DNA of 45,711 nt from Candidatus Parcubacteria bacterium (GTDB taxonomy: Bacteria > Patescibacteriota > Minisyncoccia > Phycocordibacterales > UBA12088). Of this stretch, positions 39,894-45,711 are shown one piece after another. Location: NCBI GenBank assembly GCA_003694545.1, contig RFKD01000016.1, positions 1-45,711 of the forward strand, in the 5' to 3' direction. The notes under the pieces were generated by a model. That model saw only the letters and a list, made by a program, of their open reading frames with translations. It was not told the origin of the DNA and ran no database searches. The first letter of the stretch is position 1. Each line of letters begins with the position of its first letter. The position numbers were made by a program, and so were the translations under genes.

Positions 39894-41804
39894 ATGCCCC
39901 ACGAGCCGCGCTGGGAGGAAAACCCCGATTCGGTGGTGCTCATTGGCGAAACAACCGCCCGCGCGGCAGCGACACTCTTCGGGATCAAAGCCAAAGACCG
40001 CTTGCGCCACCTTTACGCCATTGGAAAAACCGGCATGGGTAAGTCAACCCTGTTGGAGAACCTTGCCATTCAAGACATTCGGCGAGGGGCGGGAATTACC
40101 TTTGTTGATCCGCATGGATCCTCCGCTGAGCACTTGTTGGATTTCATTCCCAAGGAGCGCGTGCGCGATGTTATCTACTTTGCGCCGTTTGACCTCGCCC
40201 ATCCCATCGCGTTCAATGTGCTGGAAAAGGTGGATCCCGACAAGCGGCACCTCATTGTTTCAAGCCTAATGGCGACCTTTGAAAAAATTTGGGTGGACGC
40301 GTGGTCTGCCCGTATGGCGTACATCCTCCAAAATACCCTGAGCGCCCTGTTAGAGTATCCGGGCGCGACGCTCTTGGGAGTCAATCGAATGTATGTCGAC
40401 AGTGAGTTTCGCAAGCATGTGGTGGAGCATATTACCGACCCCGCCGTCAAATCGTTTTGGAAAGACGAATACACGAAATACACCGACCGCTACGCTGCTG
40501 AAGCAACGCCGGCCATTCAAAACAAAATCGGCCAATTTGCTTCTAACGCGATGATCCGCAACATCGTCGGGCAGGAGCACACCTCCTTTGACTTGCGGCG
40601 CGTGATGGATGAGCGCAAAATTCTCATTGTCAACCTTTCCAAAGGGAGAATTGGAGAAGACAACGCGCGCCTTTTGGGCGCGATGTTGGTGACGAAGCTC
40701 TATCTGGCGGCAATGTCGCGCGCGGACACTTCGCCTCAGGAACTCGCGGCGCTTCCGCCGCACTATTTGTATGTTGACGAATTTCAATCGTTCGCCAACC
40801 GAACCTTTGCCGACATTCTCTCGGAAGCTCGCAAGTTTAAGCTCGCGCTCACGATAGCCCACCAATACATTGAACAAATGGAAGAAGAAATCCGCGCCGG
40901 CGTTTTTGGTAATGTCGGGACGATGATAACCTTCCGCGTCGGCGCGTACGACGCGGAAGTGCTTGAGCGCGAGTTTGGCCCCAAAATCACCGCCCAAGAC
41001 CTCGTCAACCTCGGCTTCGCGGAAATTTACATTCGCCTCATGGTGGACGGCATTACCTTACAACCTTTTTCCGCGCGGACGCTCCCGCCCTTCCCGCGGC
41101 CGCAAGAGAGCTACCGCGCGATGGCGCTTGCCGCGTCGCGCGCGCAGTGGTCGCGCGACCGCAAAGCTGTGGAAGAAGAAGTCTTGCGCTGGCACGTGCC
41201 GGTCGTGTCGGAAGCGACACAACTCAAGCGCGAACGCAAAGAGCTGCGCCGCCAACAGCGATTAAGCGACAATCAACAAAATGGTGCAACGCAAGGAAAA
41301 GGTGCGCGAACTGCCACGCAAAAAGAGAGCGCTTCTCAACCAAACGCCGAGGGCAAGCAGGAGGCGCAACCGTTTGATGACCTTGGCAGCGCGAATGCTT
41401 CTGGAGCCCAAGCACGGGCTGGCGCCTCACGCGATGCGCAATTCGCTTCCTCGTGGCAGTTGGGCGATATTCTTGCCGCCGTGCTTGCGCAAGAAGCGCA
41501 AAAAGGAAAAGAATCGCACGATCGTGCGGCCAGCGTGGACGAGAGGCACAAGCAGGAGGCTAAGGTAGAGAATGAAACACTGCGCGAGCTTCTCCTGCGT
41601 CTGCACCGTATAGAAACAAAGCTTGGGCAAGCGATCCCTTCGCGCAAGCAAGGAGGGAAGCAAGGCGGTGGGAAAGGGGAGCAGGGCGAGCAGGCCCCAC
41701 CGCAGGATCTTCAGCGCCTCCTTGCCGTGGAAGAAGACGCGGCGTCTGAACGCGATGCCAAATCTTATGCAGAGAATAAGCGTAGCGAGAAAGAGGCTTC
41801 CTAG
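39894..41804 (+). CDS. TraD/VirD4/HerA-like P-loop NTPase (type IV coupling-protein-like) with a low-complexity C-terminal tail
   Basis: Walker A IGKTGMGKSTLL, VDPHGS, Walker B HYLYVDEFQSF and ARKFKLALTIAHQYIEQM. The last about 200 aa are K/E/Q/A-rich. Confidence 0.6.
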   Translation: MPHEPRWEENPDSVVLIGETTARAAATLFGIKAKDRLRHLYAIGKTGMGKSTLLENLAIQDIRRGAGITFVDPHGSSAEHLLDFIPKERVRDVIYFAPFDLAHPIAFNVLEKVDPDKRHLIVSSLMATFEKIWVDAWSARMAYILQNTLSALLEYPGATLLGVNRMYVDSEFRKHVVEHITDPAVKSFWKDEYTKYTDRYAAEATPAIQNKIGQFASNAMIRNIVGQEHTSFDLRRVMDERKILIVNLSKGRIGEDNARLLGAMLVTKLYLAAMSRADTSPQELAALPPHYLYVDEFQSFANRTFADILSEARKFKLALTIAHQYIEQMEEEIRAGVFGNVGTMITFRVGAYDAEVLEREFGPKITAQDLVNLGFAEIYIRLMVDGITLQPFSARTLPPFPRPQESYRAMALAASRAQWSRDRKAVEEEVLRWHVPVVSEATQLKRERKELRRQQRLSDNQQNGATQGKGARTATQKESASQPNAEGKQEAQPFDDLGSANASGAQARAGASRDAQFASSWQLGDILAAVLAQEAQKGKESHDRAASVDERHKQEAKVENETLRELLLRLHRIETKLGQAIPSRKQGGKQGGGKGEQGEQAPPQDLQRLLAVEEDAASERDAKSYAENKRSEKEAS

Positions 41805-43467
41805 CGTTGGCGGTTTGTCGGCTCTCGTGCTTGTTGGGTTGGTTGTTCCATCATTGGCGCGGTCGGCCGTGTGGATAAGCGAAGTCGCGTGGATGGGGGA
41901 TGCCGAGTCGCCCAACCATGAGTGGATTGAAATCACCAATGACGCCGACGCGCCCGTGGATCTCACTGGCTGGACGCTGTCCGCGCGCGATGGCTCTCCG
42001 TCTCTTTCGCTTGCCGGGTCGCTCGCACCAAAAGAAGTTGTTGTTTTCGAGCGTACTTCCGACGCTTCCGCCCCCCAAGCCGCGGCGTTTGCGATTTACA
42101 CGGGCGCGCTTTCCAACCAAGGGGAAGTTCTCGAACTGCGCGATGCATCGGAGGTGGTGGTTGATGTGGTTGACGGATCAGACGGCTGGGCGATAGGCGG
42201 CAACAACGAAACGAAAGAAACACTCCAGCGTTCGGCGAAAGGCAGCGCGTGGTTTACCGCCGCGGCAACACCCGGCCATCTTTCCTCTGCTTCTTCCGGC
42301 GAAACATCCACAAACCAGAACACAAACCAGAACGAGGGAGCACTTCAACACGCTTCTCAAACTTCCAATGGCGCCGCGAACTTGTCTTCCCGCCCGGGAA
42401 GCTACGCGCCGCAAGACGCACCTTTGGAAGATCCTCTGCCGTGGATCGTGCGTATTGAGCGCGATCCCGTCGCTCCGGTTGCCGGCGCGCCCGTGCGGTT
42501 TTTCTCGCGGTTGTGGGTAAAAGACAGGGGAAAACTGCTTGAGGAGGGCTATTGGGCGCTTTGGAACTTTGGCGACGGAATCAGCGAGCGGGCGCTCCAC
42601 GCCACCCATACCTACCACTACCCAGGCACCTACATGATCACGCTCACCGTGGGCCGCGACGGGTCTTCCGCGACCATCACGGCGCGCAGTACCCTGCGTG
42701 TGCAAGAGGCGCGCGTTGTTGTGGCGGAAGCAAATCCACAATGGATCACGCTTGCTAACGAAGGCGGTGACGATGTTGATATTGGAGGCTGGCAGATTGT
42801 CGGCAAGGGCGCGCGTTTTGTTTTTCCCCAAGGATCGATGCTAGCCGCCCGATCGAGCGTGCGCTTTGCGAGCGATGTGATGCAAATCGCTCCGCGCGGG
42901 CGCGAGGAAATCGCCCTGCTTTATCCCAACGGAAAACCCGTCACGGTTGAAAATGCCGAGGTTTCGCAAGAAGCGGGGAAAGAAACATCGCCTCCTTCCG
43001 CCTCCTTCGGCGGCGCCGCTACAGCAGGAAGTGCAATCCCCAGCGCGGCAAGCGGCCCTTCCCAACAATCAACCTCGCCAACACAAACATCGCGCAACGC
43101 AAGCGCGCGTCCCTCTGGGATAATCAAGCAAGACACGGCTTCCGCGCAGTCAGTGCCAAAAGAAGTGGAAGCCGCACAGCACGATCCAGCTTCCACAACC
43201 GTCAGCCGTGTCCAACTTACCGCCTCCGCGGAAGGGGCGCTCCTGCCGGCCGGCTACGCGACGCTCGCCCTGCTTGCGGTGGGTGGTGCGGCGCTCGCGT
43301 GGTTTTTTGGAGGCCTGCTTTCTTATGAACACGGCACAGAAGACGCGGGCGCCGCTTCTCCTCATCCTTTCGCAAGTGCGCCGCCCAATAACGACAATGG
43401 AAAGAGTAACAATATTGGGTCCACTTCAGCGCGCGAAATAGCAAGCCGCTACACGCTTTTTCCGTAA
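41755..43467 (+). CDS. secreted/anchored protein with two lamin-tail-like domains and a PKD-like domain
   Basis: Signal-like N-terminus. The LTD pattern ISEVAWMG...NHEWIEITNDADAPVDLTGW occurs first, and a second copy is NPQWITLANEGGDDVDIGGW. PKD-like WNFGDG...HTYHYPGTYMITLTV. C-terminal TM helix. Start is ATG 41755 or 41767, and it overlaps the previous gene. Confidence 0.6.
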   Translation: MPNLMQRISVARKRLPSVGGLSALVLVGLVVPSLARSAVWISEVAWMGDAESPNHEWIEITNDADAPVDLTGWTLSARDGSPSLSLAGSLAPKEVVVFERTSDASAPQAAAFAIYTGALSNQGEVLELRDASEVVVDVVDGSDGWAIGGNNETKETLQRSAKGSAWFTAAATPGHLSSASSGETSTNQNTNQNEGALQHASQTSNGAANLSSRPGSYAPQDAPLEDPLPWIVRIERDPVAPVAGAPVRFFSRLWVKDRGKLLEEGYWALWNFGDGISERALHATHTYHYPGTYMITLTVGRDGSSATITARSTLRVQEARVVVAEANPQWITLANEGGDDVDIGGWQIVGKGARFVFPQGSMLAARSSVRFASDVMQIAPRGREEIALLYPNGKPVTVENAEVSQEAGKETSPPSASFGGAATAGSAIPSAASGPSQQSTSPTQTSRNASARPSGIIKQDTASAQSVPKEVEAAQHDPASTTVSRVQLTASAEGALLPAGYATLALLAVGGAALAWFFGGLLSYEHGTEDAGAASPHPFASAPPNNDNGKSNNIGSTSAREIASRYTLFP

Positions 43468-43486
43468 CCTGTGCTAGGATCGCCGT

Positions 43487-44431
43487 ATGACGCACCAATC
43501 GGCCGACGCCTTCCAACCTTCCTCTCCGGAAAGAGACGAGCCGCAACTGGCGGTTGTCACGGGCGGCGCGGGCTTTATTGGTTCGCACCTCATCAAGCGT
43601 CTGCTTGCCGAAGGTTGGCGCGTTATTTCGCTCGATAACTATTTCACCGGATCCGAAGAAAATCATCAACCGGGCGCCGAATACCGCCGCGGTCACACGA
43701 AAGACATCGCCAAACACATTCCCGAAATACCTCATATTATTTTTCATTTAGGTGAGTACGCGCGGGTCACGCCCTCCCTTGAGGAACCGTATCTCGTGTG
43801 GGAACACAACCTTACGGGGAGCGCGGCGGTTTTGGAGTGGGCACGCACGCGTTCACCGGCGCCTTTTGTGGTGTACGCCGCGTCTTCCACGAAATTTGCG
43901 CAGGGGGAGGAGGGGCGCTTTCTCACACCCTACACTTTTGCTAAAACAACGGTTGCCGACCTCGTTCAGGCGTATCAAAAATGGTTCAACCTTTCGGTTG
44001 CTGTTGTGTATTTCTACAATGTCTACGGGCCGGGCGAACCGGCAGACGAGCGTGGGACGCTGATCGCGCGATTGCTTGCGGCTCGGCGTGCTGGTAAACC
44101 ACTGCCGCTGCGCAAACCGGGGACGCAGCGGCGCCACTTTACCCATGTTGAAGACATCGTAGTCGGTCTTCTTACTATTGCTCACCAAAAGGCGGAAGGA
44201 GAATTTTCGCTTGGCGCTCCTTACGATGAGTACTCCATAGAAGAAATAGCTCGGATGATAGGAGGTCCTATTGTGTGGCTGGATCCTCTCCCTGGGGATC
44301 GTTCTTCCTCGCACCTTGACATATCGGCCGCGCAAGCACTCGGGTGGCAACCGCGGCAACATCTTGCTGACTATATCGCGCAAGAACTTCGCGCGATGGA
44401 ACAAGAAGCCCAACTATGCGTTGGTGGATGA
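43487..44431 (+). CDS. NAD-dependent epimerase/dehydratase (UDP-glucuronate decarboxylase-like)
   Basis: VVTGGAGFIGSHLIKRLLAEGWRVISLDNYFTGS. 314 aa. Confidence 0.8.
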   Translation: MTHQSADAFQPSSPERDEPQLAVVTGGAGFIGSHLIKRLLAEGWRVISLDNYFTGSEENHQPGAEYRRGHTKDIAKHIPEIPHIIFHLGEYARVTPSLEEPYLVWEHNLTGSAAVLEWARTRSPAPFVVYAASSTKFAQGEEGRFLTPYTFAKTTVADLVQAYQKWFNLSVAVVYFYNVYGPGEPADERGTLIARLLAARRAGKPLPLRKPGTQRRHFTHVEDIVVGLLTIAHQKAEGEFSLGAPYDEYSIEEIARMIGGPIVWLDPLPGDRSSSHLDISAAQALGWQPRQHLADYIAQELRAMEQEAQLCVGG

Positions 44432-45654
44432 CAGGACAACTTTCTGCTTCTGGCGCAACGGGGGAATTACCGCACATTCTCGTGTTTTCGCTCGCGTATC
44501 GTCCTGTGGCTAGTGGAGCGGAAATAGCGCTTGAGGAGACAACATCGCGCATCCCTGACATACGCTTTACTATCATCACCCGCCTTTTTGAACCCAACGC
44601 GCCGCGTGAGGAGACGATCGGGAATGTGCGCGTGGTGCGCGTGGGCTTTGGTAACGCGTACATTTCTAAAATGTTGTTTGTCCTGTTGGCGGCTTTGAAG
44701 GCGCGCGCTCTCGCGCGGCGCGAGCGAGTTGATGGAATGTGGGCGCTGATGACCTATATGCTGTGGCCAACGGTGCTTGCATATTGGCTGGGGGTGCGCG
44801 TGCCGTGGGTGGTGTCGCTGCAGGATGGAGATCCGTATGAAAAAGTGTTTGAGCGGTGGTTTGTGCGTCCTTTCGTGTGGATCTTGGATTACGGTTTTCG
44901 CCGGGCATGCGTGGCACACGCGATTTCCCGCGCGCTTGCCGAATGGCCGAGCAAACGAGGTTCGCATGTGTCGGTTGTGGTGATTCCGAACGCGGTAGAT
45001 GAAGCGCAGTGGCGTCACGAGCCCACTCAAGACGACGCGCGCGCACTGCGCCGCAAACTCGGGTTGGCAGAAGACGATTGCGTCCTCTTTAACGCCGCGC
45101 GCCTTGTGTACCAGAAAGGGCACGACACGGTGATTCGCGCGCTCACGCGTCTGCCAGAAAGGGTAAAGTATGTCATTGCCGGGGAAGGGGCGGATCGCGA
45201 AAAGTTGGAGGCCCTCGCTAAAGAATTTGGCGTCGCGCATCGTGTTATTTTTCTCGGCGTCTTGCCGCGCGAAGAAGTGCCCCGCTATCGCAACCCCCAC
45301 TTCGCGCAAGTGTTCATCGGACTTTCTCGTTCGGAAGGGTTGGGTAATTCCTTCCTCTCGGCAATGGCCGGGAGGGTGCCGGTCGTAGCGACGCATGTGG
45401 GAGGTCTTGCGGATTTCGTGTTTGACGAAAAGCGCAACCCCGACCAAAAACCAACCGCGTGGGTTGTTGATCCGGACGACTCTGAAGGGGCCGCCGCGGC
45501 CGTGCGCGCCATTATGGAAAACCCCGAGAAAGCCCGCGCCGTTGCCGAAAACGCGCGGAAGTTCGTGGAAGAGAACTTCCGTTGGGACGTGGTTGCCAAG
45601 CGGGTGCGCGCACAAGTGCTCGAACCGGTGGTGGCGGGCAAGTGTGAAGTGTGA
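44416..45654 (+). CDS. glycosyltransferase family 4
   Basis: GLSRSEGLGNSFLSAMAGRVPVVATHVGGLADFV (E-x7-E region). 412 aa. It overlaps the previous gene by 16 nt. Confidence 0.8.
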   Translation: MRWWMTGQLSASGATGELPHILVFSLAYRPVASGAEIALEETTSRIPDIRFTIITRLFEPNAPREETIGNVRVVRVGFGNAYISKMLFVLLAALKARALARRERVDGMWALMTYMLWPTVLAYWLGVRVPWVVSLQDGDPYEKVFERWFVRPFVWILDYGFRRACVAHAISRALAEWPSKRGSHVSVVVIPNAVDEAQWRHEPTQDDARALRRKLGLAEDDCVLFNAARLVYQKGHDTVIRALTRLPERVKYVIAGEGADREKLEALAKEFGVAHRVIFLGVLPREEVPRYRNPHFAQVFIGLSRSEGLGNSFLSAMAGRVPVVATHVGGLADFVFDEKRNPDQKPTAWVVDPDDSEGAAAAVRAIMENPEKARAVAENARKFVEENFRWDVVAKRVRAQVLEPVVAGKCEV

Positions 45655-45711
45655 AGTGCTTTAACCAAAGACTTTGAGGAAAGAGCGCTACGGCAACAAG
45701 AAGGCGCATAG

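Overview
This 45.7-kb chromosomal window is G+C-rich, with several visibly A/T-richer islands. It carries housekeeping and envelope genes: SEDS FtsW/RodA, MurD, MurC, RsmI, SecD, SecF, FolD, PyrH-like kinase, a type IV pilin-like gene, GT4 glycosyltransferases, sugar epimerases and PAP2. It also holds a minus-strand cassette of three GH130-like modules plus a PMM-type HAD protein, and a TraD/VirD4-like ATPase next to a lamin-tail/PKD surface protein. RNA genes are a 23S-5S unit (1.65-4.89 kb), a separate 16S plus tRNA-Ile(GAU) unit about 15.8 kb downstream on the same strand, and tRNA-Leu(CAG). The divergent 16S 515-536 region, the unlinked rRNA genes and the small orphan ORFs suggest a streamlined Patescibacteria/CPR-like bacterium; this is inference only. 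Four observations stand out. (1) The 16S gene has no CCUCC anti-Shine-Dalgarno tail after helix 45, and most first genes sit 6-10 nt downstream of extended -10 boxes, which looks leaderless. (2) A diverged tandem duplication of about 0.77 kb at the murC/rsmI junction creates an intact chimeric ORF (RsmI N-terminus fused to MurC C-terminus). (3) Each duplicated spacer contains two minus-strand promoter-to-terminator mini-units, giving four candidate sRNAs, all with a CCUCCCU motif and one pair sharing a perfectly conserved 21-mer. (4) Two A/T-richer islands contain frame-broken ORF fragments that may be decayed paralogs. I saw no CRISPR array, transposase, integrase or recognisable defence genes. 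All family calls come from motif recognition by eye and need a homology search.
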